A stretch of DNA of 64,000 bases from Lama guanicoe (taxonomy: Eukaryota). The DNA lies in the NCBI GenBank assembly GCA_013239625.1, contig MU054338.1:5432724-5496723 (forward strand), in the 5' to 3' direction. The notes beneath the pieces were generated by a model that had not been told where the DNA came from, searched no databases, and saw only the letters and a list, made by a program, of their open reading frames with translations. Each line of letters opens with the position of its first letter. The stretch's first letter is position 1. Shown in pieces: positions 43,231 to 55,215 of the stretch. The position numbers and the translations under genes are program-made.

Positions 43231-44397
43231 TTTCTTTCTGTATGTGAGAGAGTATAATGAGGGAAAAGAACTGCTCACCTGAGTCCACTGGATATGGTTT
43301 TGAGCCACTAAGTTTGGGGAATGTTTGTTACACAGCAATGGAAAAACTGATACACTAACCCCTGTGAAATAGTAAAATATGTTCTAACCTCCCACTTCCC
43401 TAAATAGACCTTCAAAACAATACGGAAGACCAGGTTCAAATTTACTATTTCTTTTTTGTTTTACCAAGATTTGTTTTTTAGGTTAGATTTTTTAAAATTG
43501 TGGTAAAATACACATAACAGAAAATGGACAATTATAACGATGTTGAAGTATACAATTCAGTGCCATTAAGTGCACACACAATGTTATACAATTTCTACCT
43601 AGTTCCAGAACTTTTTCACCACCCCAAGTGGAAACTCAGTGGTCTAGAAGGGAGTCTGTGGGCTCCAGTAAATACATCCATTGCTCTCACAACTCCTTGC
43701 CTGGTGGAGGGGTTCACCCTATGGAGTGCAGTGCCAAAACAGAGGCCCCACTTAACCTGATCTGAGACTGGCAACAGAAAAACACCAGCCGAAAGGCAGT
43801 GACCAGAGGCTTCAGGGATCTGCACAAGACAGAGCATGGAAGGGACTGTGTCACACAGCAGTGATGGGGTGGGAGGGCTTGCCTTGGCCAAAAGGGGGGA
43901 GCAGTTCTCCTCAGCTCTAGCCTATTGCAAACAAACAGGACTGTAGGCCACTCCTGCTGGACCTTCTAATTTTGCAAAAGAAGCCAAAATTCTAGATTTT
44001 CATTAGAAACCTCCTGATGTTCAAATTTCCGGGCAGACCAAACCAAGCATATCTTCAGGTGGGGTTTCACCAGTGGGGCCAGTGTAGGATCGTGCAGGTC
44101 TGTGCCTAAAACATAGGTGAGGGAAGGGGTGGGTGGGAGAAGACAGCTGGCAGAGGCGGCTTGGCTTCTATGCAAATTTGAGGACAGGAATGTGACTCAT
44201 GGGAGCATTAGCTGCACTCAACGTCAAATCCTGGCAGAATTCAAAATTGAACGTTGTTGGGCAGGTTTAAGCTCAACAGTCGTCCTAGTCTTCCCGGGAA
44301 ACTTTATTCTCCCACACCTCCTCTCTCAGACCATGTGACCTCCCTGTGCCTCAGTTTCTCCTTCTTTAAAGTAGAGATTAAAACAGTATTGTGCCAG

Positions 44398-46310
44398 CAA
44401 AGCAAACTATAAATAAAACCAAAAGACAACATATAGAATAGGAGAAAATATTTGCAAACAATGTGATGGAAAAGCTTAATTTCCAGAATATACAAACAGC
44501 TCACACAACTCAATAACAAAAAAAAACCAAAGAACCCAATTGAAAAAAATGGGCAGAAGACCTAAACAGACATTTCTCCAATGAAGATATACAGATGGCC
44601 AATAGGCACGTGAAAAGATGGTCAAAACGCTAATTATCAGAAAATGCAAATCAAAACTACAATGAACTGGAATTTGACACAACACTGTAAAATGATTATG
44701 AATCAATAAAAATGTAAAAAAAAAAAAAAAACTACAATGAGGTATCACCTCACACCAGTCAGAATGGCCATCATTTAAAAGTCCACAAATGATAAATGTT
44801 GAAGCGGGTGTGGAGAAAAGGGAACCTTCCTACACTGTTGGTGGGAATGTAATTTGGTGCAGCCACTATGGAAAACAGTATAGAGATTCCTCAAAAAATT
44901 ACAAATAGACATCATATCCAGCCCACACCCTCAGCCCTTGGATGCAAAAACAAAAGGCTGTCCTGCCCCTGAGGCCCCTAGATTAGGCATTCAGAGATTT
45001 TTACTCCCTGATAGGCAGAGTCAACGCCTCTACTCAGCCTGGTAGCAGTTTCAGAAGAGGGACCTTCGCCCCTCTGCAACCCCATAAGATTATGGGAGTA
45101 AAACCTCTGAGAGGGGAATAGACAGGATGGAAGTGGGCAGGGCACAGCCATTCAAGGAATGCCACAGCAATACATCAAAATGGTGAAATACTAAACCCCC
45201 AGTAGGCCTTGAGTCTCAGGATGATGAGAGATTTAACTTCTAGTAGAGTTTGAGCTTCATTATTCTCCCATTGTAATATATTAACACAGTGAATAACATG
45301 CCCACAGGCACCATGGCAGTCCCAAGGCTAGCCACAAAAGGTCAAAGAGTGGGAAATGGCCAACTTCCTGGGAATCCCAGCCCCTTCCCCATAGACTGGT
45401 CCTTCTTCTTATTAGCATATGAAGCCACCAAGCCCATAAAAACCAGCAACAGGGCACCTCGTGGTCGCCCCTCTCTCTCCCTCTTCGGAGACGGCCTGCA
45501 CTCTGTCTATGGAGTGTGTACCTACTTCTTTTTTTTTTTTTTTACCTACATCTAATCTGAGCACCCAACCCCCACACCTCATGGCCTTTCTCTTGCCTTT
45601 CAATATATCTCTGTGAATAAATCTACCTTCACTCAAAAAACAAAACAAAACAAACAGACATCATATGATCCAGCAATCCTACTCCTGGGCATATATCCAG
45701 AGGGAACTCTAATTTGAAAAGATATATGCACCTCAATGTTCATAGCAGTAGTATTTACAATGGCCAAGACATGGAAACAACCTAAATGTCCATCGACAGA
45801 TGGATAAAGAAGATGTGGTATACGTATTGTCAATGGAATACTACTCAGCCATAAAGAAGAATGAAATAATGCCATTTGCTGCAACATGGATGGACCTAGA
45901 TATTATCATAGTAAGTGATGAAAGCTGGAAAGAGAAAGACAAATACCCTATGATATCACTTATATGTGGAATCTTTAAAAATGACACAAATGAACTTATT
46001 TACAAAACAGAAACAGACTCACAAACATAGAAAACAAATTTATGGTTACCATGGGGAAAGGGAGGGAGGGACAAATTAGGAGTTTCGGATTTGCAGATAC
46101 AAACTACTATATATAAAACAGATAACTAACAAGGTCCTACTGTATAGAATGGGGAACTATATTCAATAACTTGTGGTAACCTATAGTGAAAAAGAATATA
46201 TATGTGTGTGTAGTGTGTGTGTGTGTGTGTAACTGAATCACTATGCTGTACATCAGACTAACACAACATTGTAAATCGACTATACTTAATTAAAAAACAA
46301 AACAAAAAAA
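44398..46310 (+). mobile_element. L1 ORF2 3' portion and 3'UTR, split by insertions at 44666-44727 and 44918-45649
   Basis: L1 sequence resumes in register after each TSD; MEYYSAIKKNEIMPFAATWMDL. Confidence 0.88.
44918..45649 (+). mobile_element. ERV 3' internal segment, polypurine tract and U3-R, ending in a poly-A tail (processed ERV copy)
   Basis: GAGAGGGGAA at 45109-45118; AATAAA at 45616-45621; A-rich tail 45635-45649; 17-bp TSD. Confidence 0.75.
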
Positions 46311-46411
46311 CAGTAGTGTGCCGACCTCATAGGATATAATAAGTGAATGTACACGTGTGAAATACTTAAAATAATGCCAGACACAGGGTGGGCATTATTT
46401 AAGTGTTAGCT

Positions 46412-46860
46412 ATTGTATTAGCTGTATAACGAGTAGCTTAAAACAACAATTCACATTTATTATTTCATAGTTTCTATGGGTCAGGAGCTTGGGAGCGGCT
46501 TAGCTGGGTGAGCTCGGAGTCTCATGAGGCTGCGAACAGATGCCAGCTGGGGTTACATCATCTGAAAGCTTGATTGGGGCTGGAGGATCTGCTTCTACAA
46601 TCGCTCCCTTGTGTGGCTGACAAGCTGATGTTGGTTGCTGGGTGGATCTCTCCAAAGGGCTGCTTGAGTGTCCTCACAGCATGGAAGCTGGCTTCTCACT
46701 CAAAGTGAGCTAATCAAGAAAAAGGCAGAAGCCACATTTTTTTTATGGCCTAACCTCAGAAGTCACACCCACCACCATTTCAACAACATCCTCTCAGTTA
46801 CATGATGGAGAGGAGCTATACAAGGGCGTGAAGATCAGGAGGCAGGATCGCAGGGCCATG
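46412..46860 (-). mobile_element. MaLR (MLT1-type) LTR relic
   Basis: gcttaaaacaac...ggtcaggag...gggctggaggatctgcttc...ctcagaagtcacac. Confidence 0.6.
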
Positions 46861-48899
46861 ATGGATAAAGGAGGTATAGCATGGCTGCTAAGAATGCAGC
46901 TCTGAGTCAGGGCAGCCTGGCCTCAAACCCTAGCTCTCTCTAGATAACTGTGAGAACTTCGACAAGGACTTAACCTCTCTTTCACTGTGTTCTCATCTAT
47001 AAAATAGAATAACAGTACCTACTTCATTTGGGGTTGTAACTGGGATTAAGTGAATATATAATCCCTTTAGAACAATCCCTGGCATATGTTAAGTGCAGAG
47101 GAGGTGTTCACTGCTATTCTTATTATGAATTCCTCCTGTACAACCCATCAGAAGCCCAGTGCTTGAAGACTAGTAGAGAAGTCTAGGGCCTCCGGTAACC
47201 TAGGTCCTAGAGATACAGATGGAAAAACACTGTTCATGAGACTGTGTCCTGCTCCAGACTGAAATCTCCCTAAGGCAGGGAGTTTATTCAATTGCCCACA
47301 GACAGGTTAAAATTAAAAAAAAAAAGTCAGTTTCACTGCGTCCCTTTCTGATGAGATTCCAGCCCAGGTGTCACCTTTCTAATGCCATTTGCTTTGACCA
47401 GACTAGCCTACATTTGGAGAGGGGGAAGTGTCTTGCCCACTATTATGAAATGTGAATCCAACACAGTAATCAGTACACAGCAGGTACTCAAGAAACAATT
47501 GATCAGGGTGATATGTCATTGCTGGGTGAGAAGGTACATTGCACAGAACAGTTTTTAGGATGTAATGCAGGGCCACCACCAGGCCCCTGGACAAACTCTT
47601 TTGTGACTTGTTTACTACAGGTGCCTCTAAGACACCTGCCTTTGGTGTGTTTTATGCCCTCTGAAACATGGCATGGAGGTAGAAGCCCCTGAACAGTGAA
47701 TCATGAAAAGACCACGAAGTTGGGAAAGTGATAATTTTTCTTAGCGCAAGAAGCTAGAGAGAGGGACACAGTGCTCTGGGACAGCTGTGTCCCCTACTCA
47801 GTAGGAAGCCAGGGGCTGGGGGCTGAACAGGCTGGCTGCCAGGGTAGATGGTGGCTATCTGGATCCACCCCTTGCCAAGATTTTCTCCCTGCCCTTCTCA
47901 TCTGCCTGTCACTGCTGCTGGGATCTGCCATTCTGGCATCCGGCCCAGCCAAGGGTATGAGTGGTGACCTGCACGTCAGCCCTGGGGCTCCCAGTTTCAG
48001 ATTCCAGAGGCTAAGCTGGCTCGGAGCCCTGCCGAGTCAACTCTGTTCTTCTGTCTGTGCTCTGAGTCAACATCTCCCAGGTTCTCCCTGGCAGGCCGGT
48101 TTTCTATGCCAGCCCCGATTTTCTGACGAGGTATAGGGAAGTTGGTGGGGACAGAGGGGGAGGACTTTCGTGAACGTTGGTTTAATAAATGCTTAGCCTT
48201 GGAATGAACGTGGCCCACATCACAGCCTCACTCATTTCCTCTTCTGTCCCAACTCGGTTCCTACCCAGGGCTCAAAGTCTTGGGGTCTCTCCACCAGCCT
48301 GGGAACTCCATGTAGGAGCAAAGGACTGTTTGTTGAATGACTGAATGAAGGAGGAGGGGCAGACCTTCCTCCCGTGCATCCCTTCTTTCTGTTCTGAGGT
48401 TCTCGCTTTGATTCAGGCAGACTCAGACACTGAGGACCCTGAGGGTAGAGAGTGGGCAGTGGTGAGAGAGGCCGAAGCTGGAGACTGAAAAAAACAGACC
48501 TGGGCCCTGCCAACCAGGGCACTAAGTTGTTGGGAGTGGGATGAGGGACGTTAAAAAATCTGCAGTGACGAAGCCATAAGCAGGGAAGCGTGGGAGCCGG
48601 GAGATGTCTCCCCGGGGGTCAAGCCTGGTCTTGAGAGGCTCTCCGGAAAGCCTCTCGGAGGCGGGGTGTTTGAGGCGCCCTAGATTTCCCGTCCCGGTCT
48701 GCTGGACTCAGCGCACCAGGGCCCTTTCTTTTTCGTCTCTCTTACCCAGCTTTTGACTTGGGAAGGGGGTCAAGAATGCAGCCCGTCTTTTCCCCACTGA
48801 GACCGGCGGGGGCGGCTGGGGTTCTTGGGATTCCGGCGCTTGGAAGGGCACCACGGGATGGGGAGAATCACGTCTCCCATGGTCCTCAGAAAAGGCACG

Positions 48900-49262
48900 G
48901 AGAAGGCACGTCAAGACCTGGTGCGAGGAGCCAGAGTTTTGCAACCCAGGGCGCCCCCTACTACCATAATTACCCGGCCTCCAGCGCACAGAAACCCGCC
49001 CCCTCAACTCACCACGCCCCGCCTCCCGGGCTGCTCCTCCCACTCCCGCATGGGCTTGTTTATAATAGAGCGTCGCAGCGGATAGGCAAGCCCAGGGCTA
49101 GCGGCTGTGATTCGAGTCTGTCCTGTGGCTTCTGCACCCAAGCGAGTCTGCGCCAGGGACCCCCGTCTCCAGCCCTCGCATCTTGAACCCCGAGTCCCCC
49201 TTGCGCCCCCTCGCCCAGGGTCCCCGAATCCCCGCGTCCCGGGGCCCAGACCACCCGGAAGG
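48900..49262 (+). promoter_or_regulatory. ANGPTL4 promoter and 5'UTR
   Basis: GC boxes at about 48995-49025; TTTATAA at 49059-49065; CpG island. Confidence 0.7.
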
Positions 49263-49598
49263 ATGCGCGGTGCGCCGACGGCCGGAGCAGCCCTGGTGCT
49301 GTGCGCCGCCACCGCCGGGCTGCTGAGCGCTCAGGGCCGCCCGGAGCCGCCCGAGCAGCCGCGCTTCGCGTCCTGGGACGAGGTGAATGTGCTGGCGCAC
49401 GGACTCCTGCAGCTCGGCCACGGGCTGCGCGAGCACGTGGAGCACACCCGTGGGCAGCTGGGAGCGCTGGAGCGGCGTCTGAGCGCGTGCGGGGCCTCCT
49501 GCAAGGAGCCCGAGGGGGCCCCCGCGCCTCCGCTCGTCCGGGCGAGTCTGGTCCCTCCCGGCGGCGACGTCGGCCCCGAGACCCTCCGCAGCTTGCAG
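49263..49598 (+). CDS. ANGPTL4: ANGPTL4 exon 1: signal peptide, LPL-inhibitory SE1 motif, coiled coil
   Basis: MRGAPTAGAALVLCAATAGLLSAQG...SWDEVNVLAHGLLQLGHGL...SACGASC; donor CAG|GTACTT. Confidence 0.97.
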
Positions 49599-49781
49599 GT
49601 ACTTACGCTCCTACTGCTCCGGAAGGGAGTGGAAATGGTTGGGGCGGGATTGGGGGGCTCATCCCGGGCTTCCTGGGCTCTCCTGTCTCGCTCAAAGGAT
49701 GTAGAGTTGTAAAGACAGACGGGATGGAGAACTTGGTCGCAAAAGGCTGGATTTTCACCAGGGTTTTCACACTCTCCTCAG

Positions 49782-49892
49782 ACTCAGCTCAAGACTCAGA
49801 ACAGCAGAATCCAGCAACTCTTCCAGAAGGTGGCCCAGCAGCAGCGGCACCTTGAGAAGCAACACCTGAAAATTCAGAATTTGCAGAGCCAG
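49782..49892 (+). CDS. ANGPTL4: ANGPTL4 exon 2
   Basis: TQLKTQNSRIQQLFQKVAQQQRHLEKQHLKIQNLQSQ. Confidence 0.95.
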
Positions 49893-50018
49893 GTGCCCAA
49901 TGATTGCCCCAAGTCGGGAGGGAAGTTGAAGTTGGACCTGTGGGTCCAGACGCGGAGCCAGGCAGGTCGAGCAGCTTGAACCAGCCAGACCTGACACTCT
50001 CCTCCCGTCCTGTCTCAG

Positions 50019-50136
50019 GTGGGCCACCTGGCCCCTAGGCACCTGGGCCACGGGGTGGCCAAGCCTTCCAGGAGGAAGAGGCTACCCAAGATGGCCCAGC
50101 TTGTTGGACCAGCTCGTAATATCAGCCACCTGCACA
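50019..50136 (+). CDS. ANGPTL4: ANGPTL4 exon 3 with RRKR convertase site
   Basis: VGHLAPRHLGHGVAKPSRRKRLPKMAQ...; RRKR at 50070-50081. Confidence 0.95.
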
Positions 50137-51240
50137 GTGAGTATCCAGCCCTTTGCTGTTCTCTGACAATCCCACCCCCTCACCCCCAAATAAACCCAAC
50201 ACACACACTAAGCATTCTTTCCCTCTTCCTTGTCAGATCCACCTTACTGAGAAGCAGAGAGGCCCTGGCCCGGGTCCCTGTGGTCTCACAGGTCTCTGGT
50301 GAAGGGATGACTGTGGCACCTCCCTCTTAGGCCCTGACCCTCCCCTGCTGGGCCACTTCACTTGTCTTCCCAGCAAGCCAGTGGGCTTTCCCCAAAGCTT
50401 TGCTGGCCACTAACTGGAGCAGAGGGTGGGAAAGAATGTCCAAGAGGGACTTAAGCTGCTCTGGGGGTGTGGAGAAGGGGGTAGTACATTTCAGGGACAT
50501 CCTTCTGGAGGTTGGAACCTTCCAGGAAAGTAGGATGGTGGACAAGAGTGTCCCAGCTAGTGAAGCTGGAAATTGAGTGAAGGGAGAATAGCTCTCTGAT
50601 GAGAAGGGAGGTTCTGATGTTTGGGCCCTCCATGATCTTAGAGTGTGGATCTTGGGGGCGGGTAGGGCAGGGAACCCCCATCTCCCTGGCCAGATACAGC
50701 TCTCTTACAAATCCAGGGCTCCTGACACACACACCTGGTCCCTCACCTTTCTTTTGGCCCCGAAGTCCAGGCTCACCCCTTCCCTCCCCCCCTTTACTGT
50801 GTATAGCACCCCAGATCTCCAACCTAGCATGTCTGTGTGTTTCTGACACAGGCTCCCAGCTTCCAATGGCTCTGTCCCACACCAAGTTCACTGCTCCAGA
50901 CCTGGCTGGCTTGCATATGGTCCTCCTACCCCATTCCCCGGCCTGGCATCTGTGGTGGTCTGCAGACTACCACAGGTGAAAGTTCAGACCCCCTCTTCAC
51001 ACCTTCAGGCTGGTTGCTGGCTTCTGGCCCTCTTGTCTTGAGGGCTCCTCAACCTCCCCCTGCCACCCTTCTCCCTCACCTCCCACCCAGGTAGGGGTCC
51101 TTTACACCCTCCCACACCAGAGTTCTGGGATGGAGGGGGGGGCTTCTGGACGGGGCCAGCGGGCCTAGGCCAGGCTGGGGAATGTGGTGGGGGAGGGGAT
51201 GGCCCCGTGGAGGTTTGGGGACTCCAGGCTCAGCCCTGCC

Positions 51241-51456
51241 AAATAGGGAAAAGTTCAGAGCGGAGGAGACAAACAGCTGGTGCTAATAGAAGCCACACTG
51301 GTGGTTTGGCAGGCTGCCTGCTGTGATTGGAAGAGAGGAAAGTAGGGGAAAGGGGAGCTGCCCCGGGCCGGAAAATGTCTCCCCACCCCCACAGCGAGGA
51401 CACACTCACCCCGCGACTGGAGGCTTCCCCTCCCTCTGGCAACCTTTTCCCTACTT
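51241..51456. promoter_or_regulatory. ANGPTL4 intron 3 PPAR-response enhancer (three DR1-like elements)
   Basis: AAAT-AGGGAA-A-AGTTCA (51241-51257, +); AAGT-AGGGGA-A-AGGGGA (51340-51356, +); AAGT-AGGGAA-A-AGGTTG (51456-51440, -). Confidence 0.75.
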
Positions 51457-52270
51457 TCCCCGCTAGCGGCTAGCGAGTGGGCTGAGACTTCCTGCGTCTC
51501 CAGATGTATCTGTCCCTCTTTCTCTATTCCCTCCCTCCCTCCTTCACCCCTCCAACCTTCCTCCTCTCCTTCTGATACCTGCGACCCCAGGCAGGGTCTC
51601 TGGGGTACCCCCAGCTCCATCCAGGCCTGATCCACATCACCCTGAACAAAGCAGAGCTTAGCTCTGTCCGCCTGCCCCTTCTGGTCCAGCTCCTTCAGTC
51701 ACTCATTCATCTTTATTAAATACCTGCTGTGGGCTAGGATCAGCCTGGGCATGACTACCAGATGGTAGGCGAAGAGCCACTCCATGTTCTTAGACCTCAT
51801 GGACTTCATTCAGTGTGGGGAGTTGGAGAGAGACCACCAGATGACCCTACTTTTGGAGAGTGGGAAGATCTCAGTGCCCCTAGCCAGGTCTGGGGGTCAG
51901 GGACATCATCCCTTCCATAAGCTGGAAACTTTAGTGAGAGGCAGAGAAAGGAAGAAAGGAAGAGGGTCCCAGACAGAATGCTAGCATGTGCAAAGTCCCT
52001 GTGGCAGGAGGGTATGTGGCCAGAAGGTGGGCCTGCAGTACAGGGGGGAGGGAGGATGCGTGCGATGGCTGCTCCTGGGGTGCCTTGTAGACCATGTTGA
52101 GGAAGGCTGTGGAGAGCCATGGAAGACTTTAGGCAAGTGGTGGGGGGCTCATGAGCTCAGGATTGCCCCCTTCTGTCCCTGTTACCCACTGTCCAGCCTC
52201 CAGACACGCCCATTTCCTAAGACCCTCTCTGCTCTCTGCTTCAATCCCCCTGCCTTTGTCTACCTCACAG

Positions 52271-52384
52271 GACTGCCCAGGGACTGTCAGGAGCTGTTCG
52301 AAGAGGGAGAGAGGCAAAGTGGACTGTTCCAGATCCAGCCCCAGGGGTCTCCACCATTCCTGGTTAACTGCAATATGACCTCAG
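52271..52384 (+). CDS. ANGPTL4: ANGPTL4 exon 4, start of fibrinogen-like domain
   Basis: LPRDCQELFEEGERQSGLFQIQPQGSPPFLVNCNMTS. Confidence 0.95.
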
Positions 52385-52702
52385 GTAGGGATGTGCTGGC
52401 CCCCTAAGGGTTTCAAATATCCTGGACCCCATTGTCTTTCTGTCAGATGCACCCCACCCCCTCCCTCTCTCCCTCCCTCCTCCCCTGCTGGGTCTTTAAG
52501 ACAAAGATCTAGGCAGGTCCCTGACTGCTGTCCAGCCCACAGTTTCTTCCTCTGACCACCCTCCTCCAATCCTGCCGGGACCGATGAGAAGGACATTGCC
52601 CTCTCTTGGTTTGGAGGCAGTTTGGAGTTTGGGATCCAGATAGGGGAGTTGGGGTCCCTGGTAAGAAGAATTCTCGGGGTGACTTTGCATCTTTCTGGGC
52701 AG

Positions 52703-52798
52703 ATGGAGGTTGGACCGTAATTCAGAGGCGCCAGGATGGCTCTGTGGACTTTAACCAGCCCTGGGCAGCCTACAAGGATGGCTTTGGAGACCCCCAAG
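52703..52798 (+). CDS. ANGPTL4: ANGPTL4 exon 5
   Basis: DGGWTVIQRRQDGSVDFNQPWAAYKDGFGDPQ. Confidence 0.95.
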
Positions 52799-52885
52799 GT
52801 GGGTGTTTCCAGCAGGCCAGATGCACAGGGGGAGGAGGAGCCCTGGAGGTGGGCCCGTCTCACGCATTGGCCCCTCCTGCTGCAG

Positions 52886-53167
52886 GTGAATTCTGGCTGG
52901 GCCTGGAGAAGGTGCACCGCATCATGGGGGACCGGGGCAGCCGCCTGTCTGTGCAGCTGCAGGACTGGGAAGGCAATGCTCAGTCACTGCAGTTCCCTGT
53001 CCACCTGGGTGGTGAGGACACAGCCTACAGCCTGCAGCTCACGGAGCCTGTTGCCAGCAAATTGGGGGCCACCACCATCACGCCCAGCGGCCTCTCCCTG
53101 CCCTTCTCTACTTGGGACCAGGACCACGACCTCCGCCATGACAAGAACTGCGCAAAGAGCCTCTCTG
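52886..53167 (+). CDS. ANGPTL4: ANGPTL4 exon 6
   Basis: GEFWLGLEKVHRIMG...FSTWDQDHDLRHDKNCAKSLS. Confidence 0.95.
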
Positions 53168-53845
53168 GTGAGCAGGCTCTGTCCCTCCCTGGCCTGCCCT
53201 TTGCCACACGGCCAAGGCATCCCCTCCCTTCCCGTCTGTATCCTTGCCCTGCCTTCAAGCCCAATTCCATCTGCTCCCTCCTTGCTGTCTTACTTGCTCT
53301 GTGTCCTTGGGTAACTGACTTCATGTCTCCCCTCCTCAGTTTCTCCATCTTTAAAATGGGTGTAACCGGAGTGCCTACTCCATGGGATTGTTATGAAATT
53401 CAATGAGACGACATTTGTGGGCTGGTGGCCAGCCTGTGGCAGAGCCGCTAAGACAAAGCCCATCTTGTTTGGATGAAATTGGAGGCATATGAAACTGCCT
53501 TTCTAGGGGTCAGAGAAGGATGGGATACTGGTTAATTTCACATGGTTGTGAAACAGATGACAATCCTAGGAAGGTTTTAATGAACGTTTGCCATGTGCCG
53601 AGTGCAGAGAAGTCACTTGCCAGGGCCACTCATGTAAAAGCTGTGGTTACCAGGAAGGGGGGATGCTCACAGCCCCTAAGTTTTCTTTGTCACATGAGGT
53701 TCCTCAGAACACAGTTTGACAACCACTGCCAAAATCCTCCCATCTCAAGCGCATGAAGTCCAGCACCCGGCCTCATCCCCATCCCAGCCCCAGTGGAGGC
53801 CTGAGGACCCAGGCCTGACTGTTCCTTTTCTTCTGACCCCGGCAG

Positions 53846-54027
53846 GTGGCTGGTGGTTCGGCACCTGCAGCCACTCCAACCTTAACGGCCAGTACTTCCA
53901 CTCCATCCCACGGCAGCGGCAGCAGCGTAAGAAGGGAATCTTCTGGAAGACCTGGCGAGGCCGCTACTATCCGCTGCAGGCCACCACCATGCTGATCCAG
54001 CCCACAGTGGCTGAAGCAGCCTCCTAG
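53846..54027 (+). CDS. ANGPTL4: ANGPTL4 exon 7
   Basis: GGWWFGTCSHSNLNGQYF...TMLIQPTVAEAAS*; spliced CDS 1239 nt = 412 aa. Confidence 0.96.
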
Positions 54028-54479
54028 CCTCCTCCCTGGGGCCTGGTCCCAGGTTCCTAGAGGACTGTGACTCTGACTATAGTCACTCCTGCCCAGGCAG
54101 GCGCCCCCGGCTGGGGCCATCTGGAGCCTCGTGGACAGAGAAGATGCCCGAGACTGGAGAGGCCCCCTTTCCGAGTTGGGGGACTGCAGGAAGTACCCCT
54201 GGGAAGGACAGAGCTGCAAGGCTACGGAGCACAGGGCCCTGAAACTGGGGGATTGAGGGGCGTGGAGGCCTGATTCTTTGCCCACCTGAGGAGTAGGGGA
54301 TGCAAAGGGACCACCCAGGGGTAGCCAGGCCGGCCCTCGATGGCGGATTCAGTCACATTGACTGGCTAGGGGACCAGGGCTCCCCTAAGTGCTGAGTGCC
54401 CTCATGGTGCTGTGGCGTGTGGGTGCTGTGGGCGAGTCGGTGCCAACAGTTGTCTGGGCGGAGCCCGCAGAATTCTTGG

Positions 54480-54485
54480 AATAAA
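54480..54485 (+). terminator. ANGPTL4 poly(A) signal AATAAA
   Basis: AATAAA followed by a GT/T-rich downstream element at about 54500-54530. Confidence 0.8.
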
Positions 54486-54494
54486 AGCAACCTC

Positions 54495-54509
54495 AGAACA
54501 TTTTGTTCT
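54495..54509. promoter_or_regulatory. Glucocorticoid response element
   Basis: Perfect palindrome AGAACA-TTT-TGTTCT. Confidence 0.75.
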
Positions 54510-54886
54510 GTTTTGTCCTTCCGTGTGTTTTAGAAAGTGGACAGTTTTCAAAGTCCATATAAATACATTCCCAGGGTGGAGGGGGGAACACCCCCAGGTC
54601 TCTTTGAGAACAACGCCGGTTCTCCCCACCACTTCCGACAACTGATTTCAATTTCCTTCACTTATTAGTCCATGGATCTCATTTTTATTTTCAAAGTTAC
54701 AAAACAAAACTCCCACTCAGTCTTTCTGGAAGCAAGTACTAGAGAAAATGAGAAGCTCTTCCTGTGCCTAGTTACACATATGAATCACGATGAACTTTTT
54801 ACCATCCCTCCATTTGATAGAAACATGATGTGAATTGCATATTTAATTTTATGTAGGAGTCACATCTTTTAAAAAAGCAAAAAGAC

Positions 54887-55215
54887 GGGGAGAGTATAGC
54901 TCAGTGGTAGAGCATGTGCTTAGCATGCACAAGGTCCTAGTTTCACTCCCCAGTATCTCCATTAAAAAATAAATAAGCAAACCTAATTACCTCCCCTTGA
55001 AAAAACAAACAAACAAATGCACCTGGAACTTTTTAAAAATTAAAAAAAAAAAGCAAAAAGTGGGTAAGGTAATAGCTTAGTGGTAGAGTGCATGCTTAGC
55101 ATACAAGGGGTCCTAGGTTCAACCCCCAATACCACCATTAAACAAAAAAAAGGATAGCAAGAAAAAGAAAACAAAAACAAAAAAAGTTTAAAAAGAAACA
55201 AAAAATTAAAAAAAC
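54887..55215 (+). mobile_element. Two tandem tRNA-derived SINEs (about 54887-55050 and 55060-55215) in a MER33-like relic
   Basis: Two copies of the A/B-box consensus, each with an A-rich tail. Confidence 0.8.
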
